In this document: positions 21,407 through 30,990 of the stretch, piece after piece
How positions within the stretch are numbered: position 1 is the first letter of the stretch
Layout: every line of letters starts with the position of its first letter
Origin: a virus
Lineage: Duplodnaviria; Heunggongvirae; Uroviricota; Caudoviricetes
Length of the DNA: 64,000 nucleotides
Direction: 5' to 3' (one strand)
Virus record (IMG/VR): IMGVR_UViG_3300001336_000001
Coordinates: 170,836 to 234,835 of that record
Notes under the pieces: model-generated
Seen by the model: only the letters and a program-made list of their open reading frames with translations
Told to the model about the DNA's origin: nothing
The model's database searches: none
Translations under genes and position numbers: made by a program

Positions 21407-21437
21407 CAAATATAATTATAAATATTTACGTAGACAA
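21407..21437 (-). promoter_or_regulatory. Bacteroidota-type promoter TTG-N20-TATATTTG
   Basis: Ends 4 nt before the endonuclease ATG. Confidence 0.65.
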
Positions 21438-21456
21438 GGTTAAGCTTATTTTTAAC

Positions 21457-21486
21457 AAAAAAAAGACCTATCAGAATAGGTCTTTT
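21457..21486 (-). terminator. intrinsic terminator after the tail tube gene
   Basis: AAAAGACCTAT-CAGA-ATAGGTCTTTT with a U-tract. Confidence 0.75.
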
Positions 21487-21522
21487 ATTAATTTTATATT
21501 TAAGTAGTTGATAATCAATAAA

Positions 21523-22011
21523 CTAGAATAGTAATATTGCTCTATCAAACCTTAAATCTGCTGTTATGTCTGCAATTCCATCATCATCCATAGATAAATC
21601 ACCAAAGTTAACATTGGTTAACATTGTACCTTGTAATTGCCACTTCTCTATAACTACACCAGTAGGGTCAAGCATCTCTAACTCAATATCTTTTTTATAA
21701 CCAGCAGCATAACCTTGTCTACCTGTTATTGATTCAGATTGTAAACGAACCCATTCCATAATAGCCTGAGCAGCTGATGGTCCAATTGGGTCTCTAAAAG
21801 TAACACTTATAGATTCCCAAGTAAATCTACCGATAACCCAAGTTGATGTATTTAGGAAAGGTATTTCAACCTCATTTTGTGTTATAGAAGGTCTAGCTGC
21901 CGATGCCAACCACCATTCTTGAATACCCAAATCAGCTGGAAATCTTAATAGCCACCTATTTTTCTTTTTGGGTTCATAGGGTTGGGGCATTTTCATTAGT
22001 AAGTCTGCCAT
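21523..22011 (-). CDS. tail tube protein (T4 gp19-like)
   Basis: EPKKKNRW..GRFTWESISVTFRDPI..MEW..YKKDIELEMLDPTG.VIEKWQLQG; directly after the sheath gene. Confidence 0.88.
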   Translation of the reverse strand: MADLLMKMPQPYEPKKKNRWLLRFPADLGIQEWWLASAARPSITQNEVEIPFLNTSTWVIGRFTWESISVTFRDPIGPSAAQAIMEWVRLQSESITGRQGYAAGYKKDIELEMLDPTGVVIEKWQLQGTMLTNVNFGDLSMDDDGIADITADLRFDRAILLF

Positions 22012-22081
22012 GTTTATTTTTTTTTACTTTTAAATTATTATCTTTTATAAATAAATATCTGTTATTTATTTTTTTTTATTA

Positions 22082-24928
22082 TTAAATGTCATCAAAAGAT
22101 GCTCCAGTAGGTACGATATTAAATTCAACACATATAAATTCAAGTGAACGTGTTGGTTTTAAAAATATTCTACCACATAACTCATTTCTATCTATCGATT
22201 CTGGGTCATTATCCAGAACAACTCTAAAGTCTGTTAAACCTCTCTCACTTCTAATGTTATCCAATATTGGGTTAACTAAACTCAAGAACTGATTCCTAAC
22301 AATATCATCGTTTTGTTCGAATAACAATCTTATTGAAACTGCTGATATTAGTTTTCTTGTTTGTAGTAACAATCTTCTAACGTTAATTCTATTAAGTGCG
22401 GTTTCTTTAACTTGCATTGTTTTATTACCCCAAATCTTAATACCTTCAGAAGCAAATGTTGCAATAGGGTTTACCCTATTATCATAAAGAACATCTCTAT
22501 CAGCTAATGTTAGTTTAACTCTAGCTTTTATTGCATCAACATCACCTCTTTGTACACCAGCAACAGCAAACCAAGGGAATGATATATTATCAGTTAATGC
22601 TATGTTTCTAACAACATCCCTTGTTGGTGGTACATAAATAAACACATTGTTTTCAACATCATTTATTTGAATCCAAGGCCAGTAAGTCGCAGTGTAGTTA
22701 CTATCAAATTCAAAATCCAATTGATTAACAACATCCTCTGGCAATAAGACATCCCCAGACGCATCAACATCAGGTGTTGTTACAATATAAATCGAGTCAG
22801 CTCTATCTTGTTCAATCATTTCGATACTTTCCTCAACCAAGTTTGTATTATCAAATGTATCAATACCTGGTGTTGCAAATACGTTAATATTAGTTTCTTC
22901 TGGATTTTTAAACGTCCATATACCTTCAAGATAAGCATAGTAATCCGAGTTTATCCCATTATCACCATTAGGTAACGCTCTGTTTTGGAACACCCCTGAA
23001 TTCAAACCATTTTGCCCACCAATACCACTCAATCTATATCTATCAGTATTGGTTCTTCTAGTCCTATATATGTCCCAACCATCAAATCCACCATATGTGA
23101 CCATTGTGAATTTCCTAGCAAACACTTTTTCATAATCAGTACCTTGTAAATCAAATTCATTTCTAAATTCAGCATTACCTGTTTCAAATTCAAATGTTGG
23201 ACTATATGTGTCACCATTATTGTTAATAACGATTGATACATTATCAATTGTAGCATTATTTGCATCAATATCCATATGAAATCCTTTTGTTAAACCAGTC
23301 CAAATATTTAAAGTTGACGAGTTGGGTACGCCTTTATATTTAAATAAATCCACATCAATACCAAGACTATTAGTTAGTCCTAAATAAGTTTTTCTTTTAT
23401 TTTCAAAAGGACTATATATTTTTTTGTACTCAACTATAGGAGCTTCAACACTATTGTTATTATCTAATTTATAATCTCTAATTGGATATCCAACAAATCC
23501 AGCTGGGAACGCATCTGAAGTATCAGACTCCTCTTCTAATTCAACTAATATATAACTAGACCTAGAGACAAATTCACCATCAATAGTACCAATTCTTTTA
23601 GCTATATAACCATTATCATTCGGGTCCATTGAACATCTACTAAATCTTTCAAGAATAACTGGTCTAGCATCAGTATCATTATAAGCTCTAATTTCTACAT
23701 CAAATTGTCTTGTGTCTGGTAGTATATTTCTTATTGAAACTTTAAATTGTGTATTAGCAGAATCACCATCTGATATTGTCCAAAATCTAAACAATCTCAA
23801 TAAGTTTGTACCACGTAATTCAGAAACAACCCATGGTGTTACCGCTGGTTGATACTCTTTATAATAATTAGTAAATGCTTCAGGGTATTTAACTAAACCA
23901 TTAGTTGTATTAATATTTATACCCAGTATTTTATTATCACTTAAAAAATCATCAAACATTGCATCATAAATTTCTTCAACAAATAAAGATGTGTTACTAT
24001 CTTGTGCAGACCTACCTAAAACTCTAGTTATATAATTTTTCTTAGTTCTATCAAAAGATAAATCATATTCAAAAGGACCAGAAAATACTGAAGTACCAAC
24101 CAACGAAAAGTCTCCTCTTGGGTCATTTTCAGCAGTATTTGGTGTTACACCGAAATTAACATCATTAATATCTACTATATCATATACGAGGTTTTCAGAA
24201 CCATCATATCTACCCCTAGACCTTAATAGTGCCATTAATTTACCTTCAACATCGGCATAACCAGAACCAGAATATTGTATAGTAACACCAGATGTCACAC
24301 CAGTAGTACCATTAGCATCACTAGTTATTGATAACATTTCAAAGTTTGTTACCTCAACACCTTCGAATACCGTCCCAGTTTTCTGTATTGTTAAATTAAT
24401 ATTATTCAATGGACCAAGTGATTGTGTAGCTAAAAAGTCTAACCCAATAACACCATTATTCCACAAATCTTGTAGTAATGAATCAGAAGAAGTTAAACTA
24501 ACTATTTCACCATCAGCGTTAGCTTCAAACTGAATTAATGGTGAATATGGTGTTACTGGTGTTGACACCCCTAACGTGTCAGGGTCTAAAGCAGCATTAA
24601 GAGTTATCCCCCAAGCTTTACCAGCATCGTAACCAGACAACCCCAAAATTCTAGTAACAAACATTTGGTTTGACTTACTCAAATACGATTTAGCGATATA
24701 AGGCAACTCATACTTTGGTGCCCCAGTATCTTTTATTTTACTCGCATTTTGACCACCAAAAAACGATTTAAACTCATCGTAATCTGATACGAATATCGGT
24801 TGGAATGCTGGACCTTGTGTTGTCTCACCAACCAAACCTAGTGTTGTAACACCAACTTGTCGAGTTACAAATGTTAAGTCTCTTTCAGAACTATAGAAAC
24901 CTGGACTAACGAATACTTTACCTGCCAT
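22082..24928 (-). CDS. tail sheath protein (T4 gp18-like)
   Basis: SPG..ERDLT N-terminus; PWFAVAG..RG; VNPIATF..IWGNKT..RINVRRLL..FEQND; KPTRSLEFI. Confidence 0.93.
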   Translation of the reverse strand: MAGKVFVSPGFYSSERDLTFVTRQVGVTTLGLVGETTQGPAFQPIFVSDYDEFKSFFGGQNASKIKDTGAPKYELPYIAKSYLSKSNQMFVTRILGLSGYDAGKAWGITLNAALDPDTLGVSTPVTPYSPLIQFEANADGEIVSLTSSDSLLQDLWNNGVIGLDFLATQSLGPLNNINLTIQKTGTVFEGVEVTNFEMLSITSDANGTTGVTSGVTIQYSGSGYADVEGKLMALLRSRGRYDGSENLVYDIVDINDVNFGVTPNTAENDPRGDFSLVGTSVFSGPFEYDLSFDRTKKNYITRVLGRSAQDSNTSLFVEEIYDAMFDDFLSDNKILGININTTNGLVKYPEAFTNYYKEYQPAVTPWVVSELRGTNLLRLFRFWTISDGDSANTQFKVSIRNILPDTRQFDVEIRAYNDTDARPVILERFSRCSMDPNDNGYIAKRIGTIDGEFVSRSSYILVELEEESDTSDAFPAGFVGYPIRDYKLDNNNSVEAPIVEYKKIYSPFENKRKTYLGLTNSLGIDVDLFKYKGVPNSSTLNIWTGLTKGFHMDIDANNATIDNVSIVINNNGDTYSPTFEFETGNAEFRNEFDLQGTDYEKVFARKFTMVTYGGFDGWDIYRTRRTNTDRYRLSGIGGQNGLNSGVFQNRALPNGDNGINSDYYAYLEGIWTFKNPEETNINVFATPGIDTFDNTNLVEESIEMIEQDRADSIYIVTTPDVDASGDVLLPEDVVNQLDFEFDSNYTATYWPWIQINDVENNVFIYVPPTRDVVRNIALTDNISFPWFAVAGVQRGDVDAIKARVKLTLADRDVLYDNRVNPIATFASEGIKIWGNKTMQVKETALNRINVRRLLLQTRKLISAVSIRLLFEQNDDIVRNQFLSLVNPILDNIRSERGLTDFRVVLDNDPESIDRNELCGRIFLKPTRSLEFICVEFNIVPTGASFDDI

Positions 24929-24972
24929 TATTTACTTATTTAAATTAATTATTATCTTTGGTTATTTTATTA

Positions 24973-24979
24973 ATAAATA
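24973..24979 (-). promoter_or_regulatory. putative late promoter motif TATTTAT (example; sheath gene)
   Basis: Same motif found upstream of 15 gene starts (see findings). Confidence 0.55.
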
Positions 24980-25002
24980 TGTGGTAAAATATCAAAAACA
25001 TT

Positions 25003-25047
25003 TTTTTGTTGTTTAACAACAAAAATTAGTATGACAAATGTCTTACT
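25003..25047. promoter_or_regulatory. two inverted repeats (candidate operators) in the divergent sheath/RHH intergenic region
   Basis: TTTTTGTTGTT-T-AACAACAAAAA (25003-25025) and AGTATGACA-AA-TGTCTTACT (25028-25047, 1 mismatch). Confidence 0.5.
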
Positions 25048-25074
25048 TTTATCATATTTATTATTAAAACTCTT

Positions 25075-25224
25075 ATGAAACGTACAAAAAATTTAAAAAT
25101 AACCCCAAACACACATAAAATACTTAAGGATTATTGTGAACAAAATGGTCTTAAAATGTTTTCATTTGTAGAAAAAATAATTAAAGACACTTGCATAAAA
25201 CCAAAAGATTTATATGGTGAATAA
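25075..25224 (+). CDS. small ribbon-helix-helix-like DNA-binding protein, 49 aa
   Basis: Manual translation MKRTKNLKITPNTHKILKDYCEQNGLKMFSFVEKIIKDTCIKPKDLYGE; TATTTAT 13 nt upstream. Confidence 0.65.
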   Translation: MKRTKNLKITPNTHKILKDYCEQNGLKMFSFVEKIIKDTCIKPKDLYGE

Positions 25225-25225
25225 A

Positions 25226-25256
25226 TTGAAAATCTAAAAATTATATCATATATTTG
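25226..25256 (+). promoter_or_regulatory. Bacteroidota-type promoter TTG-N20-TATATTTG for the glycosyltransferase pair
   Basis: Ends 5 nt before ATG 25262. Confidence 0.65.
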
Positions 25257-25261
25257 TGTAT

Positions 25262-27376
25262 ATGGAAAAATTGTTAATAATAACACCACACCTATCTACA
25301 GGTGGTCAACCCCAATATGTTCTTAAAAAAATAGAGTTACTTAAATATAAGTATGATATATATTGTGTTGAATACAATTATTTATCACCACATTACGTAG
25401 TCCAAAGAAACTTAATTAAAAAAATAATAGGTGATAAATTTTTTTCAATAGGTGAGAATAATTTAGATTTATGTAATACTATAATTAACATAATTCCTGA
25501 TATAATATGGGTTGAGGAAATTGCTGAAACTTTTATTAAAAAGGAAGAGTGTGAGTTTATATATAATAAAGATAGAATTTGGAAAATTTTAGAAACAACA
25601 CATACATCAGAAGATTTAAGTAATAAAAAAAGTTTTTTACCTGATAAATTTATATTTGTATCTAATTGGTCGGAAAAACAATATAAAAAATTTAATGTAG
25701 AAATATCTATATTACAATATCCAGTTGATACGAAAGTAAAAAGAACAGCTTTTTTTAAAGATTTATTAAGTTTTGATAAAAAATATAAACATGTTTTATG
25801 TGTGGGTCTTTTCACTTCAGGTAAAAATCAGTTATACGCTATTGAGTTAGCTAAAAAATTAAAAGATGAAAAAATTATTTTTCATTTTGTTGGTAATACA
25901 GCACCTAATTTTTCAGATTATTGGCAACCATTACTAGATAATCTACCTGATAATTGTGTATTACATGGAGAAAAAGAAAATGTTGACGAATACATACAAG
26001 CTTGTGATTTATTTTTATTCCCATCTAAATTTGAATTAAATCCTTTGGTAGTTAAAGAAGCTTTATGTTACGAGGAATTACCTATACTAATGTCTAATTT
26101 AGATACTTATTGTGGTCAATATGATAATGTTACTAACATCAGATTTTTAACAAACAAAGTTAATGAAGATGTTTTTATAATTAAAAATATTTTTTTAAAT
26201 AAAGAAAAAACATATAAAGATATTGAAGGTTGGTTTTCTTATGAATGGTTATATGATAAATTTGGTAAATTATCTAAGAATGGTGACACCATCGTTGAAA
26301 TAGGTAGTTGGTTTGGTAAATCAACAAAATATCTTTCTGATAAACTAAATGAACATAATAAAAAAGTTGATTTAATTGTTATTGATACTTTTAAAGGAAC
26401 ACAAAATGAAGAACTACATAAAGAAATAGTAGGTGACGAAAGTATTTATCAAGACTTTTATTACAACGTAAATAACCCCAACATAACTATAATTAAAGAA
26501 AGTTCACACGAGGCCTCTAAGTTATTTACTAATGGTTCTATAGATTATTTAATGATTGATGGTGACCATAGCTATGAAGGTACTAAACAAGACATTCAAG
26601 ATTACTTCTATAAAGTAAAACCTGGTGGGATTATATCAGGTGATGATTATAAAGCGTTTCAAGGTGTTAGAATGGCGGTTGATGAGTTTTTTGTTGGGGC
26701 AGACATGAAAACCTCTGACAATTTACATTGGTATTACAAAATTCCTAAAATACAGATTATTCACATGTCAACACTACCCAAACAGAAAAGAGCTCAAGTT
26801 TCTATTGCAAACATTAAAGAACTATCTAGATATAATATAGATATTACATATATCGAAAATGAATTATATGATGGTGAATTAAATTTAGATAACTACAGAA
26901 ATCTAAGTAATACAAATGTAAATAAAGGACATTACGGTTGTTATTTAGCACATAAACAAGCAATATATAGTATGTCTGAAAAATATGATTATACAATTAT
27001 ATTAGAAGAAGATGCTTATATTTTCGAAGATTTAAAAACATTTGTTGATGTGGTTCATAAAGCAATATTTGAGTGTATTAAAAATGATGTTTATTTTGTG
27101 TCATTTGGTTCGTTCCCATTACAATCTGAACTTAAACCTTATAATGATTTGTTTGACGAATGTTGGCACCAATCATTAGCACATTGTTACATGATACCAA
27201 ACAAATACAAAAATTGGTATGTTGATAAATTTGAAAATAACCCGTGGGATTCCGCTGACATATGGTTTAATCATATTTTTTGTCATGATAGAAAAACTAG
27301 ATTGATGACAAAAAAAATGTATAGCAAACAATTAGATGGTTATTCACTAATAGATAAAATAGAAAAAAAATATTAA
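25262..27376 (+). CDS. multidomain GT4 glycosyltransferase / class I SAM methyltransferase / GT25-like glycosyltransferase
   Basis: HLSTGG..VGLFTSGKNQ..FPSKFELNPLVVKEA; VEIGSWFGKS..IDGDHSYE..KPGGIISGDDY; GCYLAH..ILEEDA. Start moved from GTG 25256 to ATG 25262. Confidence 0.8.
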   Translation: MEKLLIITPHLSTGGQPQYVLKKIELLKYKYDIYCVEYNYLSPHYVVQRNLIKKIIGDKFFSIGENNLDLCNTIINIIPDIIWVEEIAETFIKKEECEFIYNKDRIWKILETTHTSEDLSNKKSFLPDKFIFVSNWSEKQYKKFNVEISILQYPVDTKVKRTAFFKDLLSFDKKYKHVLCVGLFTSGKNQLYAIELAKKLKDEKIIFHFVGNTAPNFSDYWQPLLDNLPDNCVLHGEKENVDEYIQACDLFLFPSKFELNPLVVKEALCYEELPILMSNLDTYCGQYDNVTNIRFLTNKVNEDVFIIKNIFLNKEKTYKDIEGWFSYEWLYDKFGKLSKNGDTIVEIGSWFGKSTKYLSDKLNEHNKKVDLIVIDTFKGTQNEELHKEIVGDESIYQDFYYNVNNPNITIIKESSHEASKLFTNGSIDYLMIDGDHSYEGTKQDIQDYFYKVKPGGIISGDDYKAFQGVRMAVDEFFVGADMKTSDNLHWYYKIPKIQIIHMSTLPKQKRAQVSIANIKELSRYNIDITYIENELYDGELNLDNYRNLSNTNVNKGHYGCYLAHKQAIYSMSEKYDYTIILEEDAYIFEDLKTFVDVVHKAIFECIKNDVYFVSFGSFPLQSELKPYNDLFDECWHQSLAHCYMIPNKYKNWYVDKFENNPWDSADIWFNHIFCHDRKTRLMTKKMYSKQLDGYSLIDKIEKKY

Positions 27377-27379
27377 AAT

Positions 27380-28558
27380 ATGAACTCACAAGAATTTAAG
27401 GATACGATTATTTCAGAAATAGAAAAAACTAAAATATCACATAAAGAAGTCACCAAACAAATTAATATTAACCTACATTTTGTTGGTAATCCGTTTTTGG
27501 AGATAACAGGTGATGTTGATGATAATTATGATGTTATATTTTATGATGGTGAAGAAATAATACACCAAACAACTTTAAAAAATAATATGTGGACCAAGGT
27601 TAATAGAAAATACTATACCGATTGGAGAGTTGTTGTTTTTAATAGTGATGGGTTAAAAATTTTTGAAAAGGAACTTAATTTACACAATAAAAGGGTTTAT
27701 ATCAGTTTTGGCTCGAAATCTTTAGGTGATACATTAGCTTGGGTTCCTTATCTTGAGGAATTTAGAAAAAAACACAATTGTGAATTAATTGTTTCGACTT
27801 TCTTAAATGAGTTATTTTCTGAACAATACCCAAACATAGAGTTTGTAAAACCTGGTGAGGTTGTTGATAATTTATATGCTATGTATGAATTAGGGTGGTT
27901 TTATAATGATGATGGTGATATTGATTATTTTAGAACACCGAACAATTTTAGAACACAACCCCTACAAAAAACAGCTACCGATATATTAGGTTTAGATTAT
28001 ATTGAAATTAGACCTAAACTAAAATTAACTGAAGTCGTGGTTAGTCTTAAAAAAGTGGGTATCGCTATTCATGGTACTGCTCAGTCAAAATACTGGAATA
28101 ATGAAAAAGGATGGCAAGAAGTTGTTGATTACCTAAAAAGTCTTGATTATGAGATAATGTTATATTCTGTTGAGGGTGATGGATATATGAGTAATACTCA
28201 CCCGAAAGGTATTCAACAATTCCCGAAAAGTTCACTACAAGATGTTATTTATGATATGCAAACTTGTGAGTTTTTTATTGGTATAGGTTCTGGTTTGTCT
28301 TGGTTGGCATGGTCTGTTGGTCTACCTATTGTTTTAATATCTGGTTTTAGTGAGGAATACACCGAAACTCAAAAAAATACATATAGAGTTATTAACAAAA
28401 ATGTTTGTACTGGTTGTTTTAATTCACATAGATTAGATGCTGGAGACTGGAATTGGTGTCCATTTAATAAAGGGACTGAAAGACAATTTGAATGTACAAA
28501 ATCTATAACATCAAATATGGTTATATCATCTATAAGTAAATTATTAACTAAAAATTAA
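27380..28558 (+). CDS. Aah/TibC-family protein O-heptosyltransferase-like (GT-B)
   Basis: SKSLGDTLAW.PY; KYWNN..GWQEVVDYL; FFIGIGSGLSWLAW..VLISGFS; Cys cluster CTGCFN..WNWCP..FECTKSIT. Confidence 0.78.
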   Translation: MNSQEFKDTIISEIEKTKISHKEVTKQININLHFVGNPFLEITGDVDDNYDVIFYDGEEIIHQTTLKNNMWTKVNRKYYTDWRVVVFNSDGLKIFEKELNLHNKRVYISFGSKSLGDTLAWVPYLEEFRKKHNCELIVSTFLNELFSEQYPNIEFVKPGEVVDNLYAMYELGWFYNDDGDIDYFRTPNNFRTQPLQKTATDILGLDYIEIRPKLKLTEVVVSLKKVGIAIHGTAQSKYWNNEKGWQEVVDYLKSLDYEIMLYSVEGDGYMSNTHPKGIQQFPKSSLQDVIYDMQTCEFFIGIGSGLSWLAWSVGLPIVLISGFSEEYTETQKNTYRVINKNVCTGCFNSHRLDAGDWNWCPFNKGTERQFECTKSITSNMVISSISKLLTKN

Positions 28559-29105
28559 TCACATAAGGACAAAAACAATGTTGGTCATTATGATATTGGT
28601 TTTTCGGTATTTCAGTTGTTATTTTTACTGAATCTAAAATTAATGAATCACCATAACCATATCTATCACCTCCTTTTGGGTCAAAATACGTGAAGACACC
28701 ACTTTCTCTTAAATATCTATCAACTATTAATGTTCTAAATAACATCATATTATAACAATCAGCATCATAAAAAATACCATCAAATGTTTTGTTTAGTTTA
28801 GGTAAAGTTTCAATCCAATCACCTTCTACTATAATAACATTAGGTTTATCTTTAGCCCATTCTTTAGCAATTTCGAGTATCTGAGGGTTAACCTCACAAA
28901 TAGTATGACTTTTAACACCCTTTTCTTGAATATAGTTAGTAGATATACCCATACCAAAACCAATTTCTAATATATCACCATTTGGTAGTAAATCAACGTG
29001 AGCCTTCATTAACTCACGTTCCCAATCCATCATAACAAAAATATTAGGATTATCTTTTACAACAATCCTATCTTCTTGAAAAATTAACTCTTTATCTTTT
29101 GTCAT
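28548..29105 (-). CDS. SAM-dependent methyltransferase, Rmt2/guanidinoacetate methyltransferase-like
   Basis: MMDWERELMKAH..ILEIGFGMGIS..HTICEVNPQI..GDW..FDGIFYD. Confidence 0.75.
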   Translation of the reverse strand: MTKDKELIFQEDRIVVKDNPNIFVMMDWERELMKAHVDLLPNGDILEIGFGMGISTNYIQEKGVKSHTICEVNPQILEIAKEWAKDKPNVIIVEGDWIETLPKLNKTFDGIFYDADCYNMMLFRTLIVDRYLRESGVFTYFDPKGGDRYGYGDSLILDSVKITTEIPKNQYHNDQHCFCPYVINF

Positions 29106-29443
29106 TATCTTCTACACCTATCTATTGTTATAAATGAAACACCATCCCACTCATATATGTCCGTACCATTTGAATAAAACCCAATATTAGCCAATCTATC
29201 ACTACAAGTTGAATATAAGGTACCCATTGACTGATTTGATGATGTGGACTCGTCAAGATAATACACACTCTCATTGGCACTACAAACTCTATCTATAGAT
29301 TGGTCATACCTTAATCTTAAATCAACACATACAATTCTAGGTGGTATTCTAACATCAGAAATAAAACTTAACCTACCTATGTTAACACCACTTATACCAG
29401 TTATTAAACTAAAGTCAACACCACTAATATTTTGTATACCCAT
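29105..29443 (-). CDS. small Cys-containing virion/fibre-associated protein
   Basis: ORF track 29105..29461; more likely start at ATG 29443 (MGIQNISGV); ISGV repeats. Confidence 0.55.
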   Translation of the reverse strand: MGIQNISGVDFSLITGISGVNIGRLSFISDVRIPPRIVCVDLRLRYDQSIDRVCSANESVYYLDESTSSNQSMGTLYSTCSDRLANIGFYSNGTDIYEWDGVSFITIDRCRR

Positions 29444-29453
29444 AATTAATATT

Positions 29454-30857
29454 TTATACAACCACCCATATATTATCAGGGTTAAACCTAATCGTTACCC
29501 AAGTACTCCTACCCTGAACACCACCAGTTATATTATGACCGATAATCCTAACCACTGCGTTACTTGATGGTGCTGATTCAGATACAAACCCATTAGTTGT
29601 CCAAACATATAATGGAGCACCTGGTGTTACATTTGCTAAGTCTGTGTGGAAACCAACTAATGTTATAATACCTTCAATTAATACATCTAGGTCACCCTCT
29701 GCTTCAGCACCATTTAAACTTATACCTAATAAACTTAATGATGAATTTGTGCTTGCGTTAGCAGGCTGCCATTGTCCTGAGGAATCTAAAGAAACCAACA
29801 TACCACGGCCTACACCACTAAGTCCGTTTATTTGATTATTAAGTATGGTTCCACTTACTACCACTGCTGACGTTGAGAATGAGTCTCCTATATTGATGAC
29901 CGAAGACACACCTTCCCACATAGTATATTGGGAATTCTGTAACGGCACATCTCCAGCGTGAAAGTCATTTCTAACAGTAGTTCTACCCCTAGAAACTGTA
30001 TTTACATCAATAAATATTTGGTTTTGGTTCCCAGCTATAATTGATATTTCATCATCATTTGGGAAACTGATGAAAGTATCTGTATCACCTTTATGTATAA
30101 TTTTATCAGTAATAGTAACATCACCATTTACATCTAATTTCGTATCTGGTGATGTTAAACCGATACCAACGTTATAGTCAATTTCATCTTTATCAAATAA
30201 AATAGTCTTACTATCTACATTAACATTAAATACTTCCCCACCATCAGGTACATCATTTAATACAAAAGCATTGTCCAATTCATTTAAATCAAATTTAGCA
30301 TTTTTTAATACGTGTAACTGATAATCACCATAATCAGGATTACTAGTTATACCATTCCCAATTCCTACTCCCCCATCTACTAATAACCCATTACTTGGTG
30401 CGGCGGTATTGATGAAGTTAGAACCTATACTAACAGAACCATTAACACTTAATTTACTAGCAGGGGATGTTGTACCTAAACCAACATTCCCACCATTATT
30501 AAATATATTCGATGAATTTAATACCCAAGTCGAACCATTCCAATAAGTAGTGTTACCAGCTAATGAACCTGAAGATAAAAAACCACTAGTCCCTCCACTA
30601 CCCGATGTTCCTGAAATTCCATTAACCCCAGAAGTTCCACTAGTCCCAGATACTCCCGAAGTACCATTAATACCTGATGTACCACTAGTTCCGTTTGTAC
30701 CATTTACACCAGAAGTCCCAGATGTGCCACCCAAAGATATACTAGACCTTACTTTAACTAAACCATCTGCATCTTTAACTAATATATCTGTTTCAGACAC
30801 ACCAGCAGATACATCCATTATTATTAAACCCTTCCTTGCAACAAATTCACTAGCCAT
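29454..30857 (-). CDS. tail fibre/spike-like protein with a short Gly-X-Y (GTS) tract
   Basis: 16 GXY triplets; NVG(L/I)G.TSP..KL repeats; shares a module with the 2370-aa fibre. Confidence 0.7.
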   Translation of the reverse strand: MASEFVARKGLIIMDVSAGVSETDILVKDADGLVKVRSSISLGGTSGTSGVNGTNGTSGTSGINGTSGVSGTSGTSGVNGISGTSGSGGTSGFLSSGSLAGNTTYWNGSTWVLNSSNIFNNGGNVGLGTTSPASKLSVNGSVSIGSNFINTAAPSNGLLVDGGVGIGNGITSNPDYGDYQLHVLKNAKFDLNELDNAFVLNDVPDGGEVFNVNVDSKTILFDKDEIDYNVGIGLTSPDTKLDVNGDVTITDKIIHKGDTDTFISFPNDDEISIIAGNQNQIFIDVNTVSRGRTTVRNDFHAGDVPLQNSQYTMWEGVSSVINIGDSFSTSAVVVSGTILNNQINGLSGVGRGMLVSLDSSGQWQPANASTNSSLSLLGISLNGAEAEGDLDVLIEGIITLVGFHTDLANVTPGAPLYVWTTNGFVSESAPSSNAVVRIIGHNITGGVQGRSTWVTIRFNPDNIWVVV

Positions 30858-30990
30858 TCTTAGACACTTTTTAAAATATGGACATATAAGTGTCTATTTG
30901 GTGATATTTTACTCACCACAATAATAGATTAATCACTTTTTCACTGTCCAAAGTAATTGTTATATATAAATATGAAGCAAAAAGAAAAAG

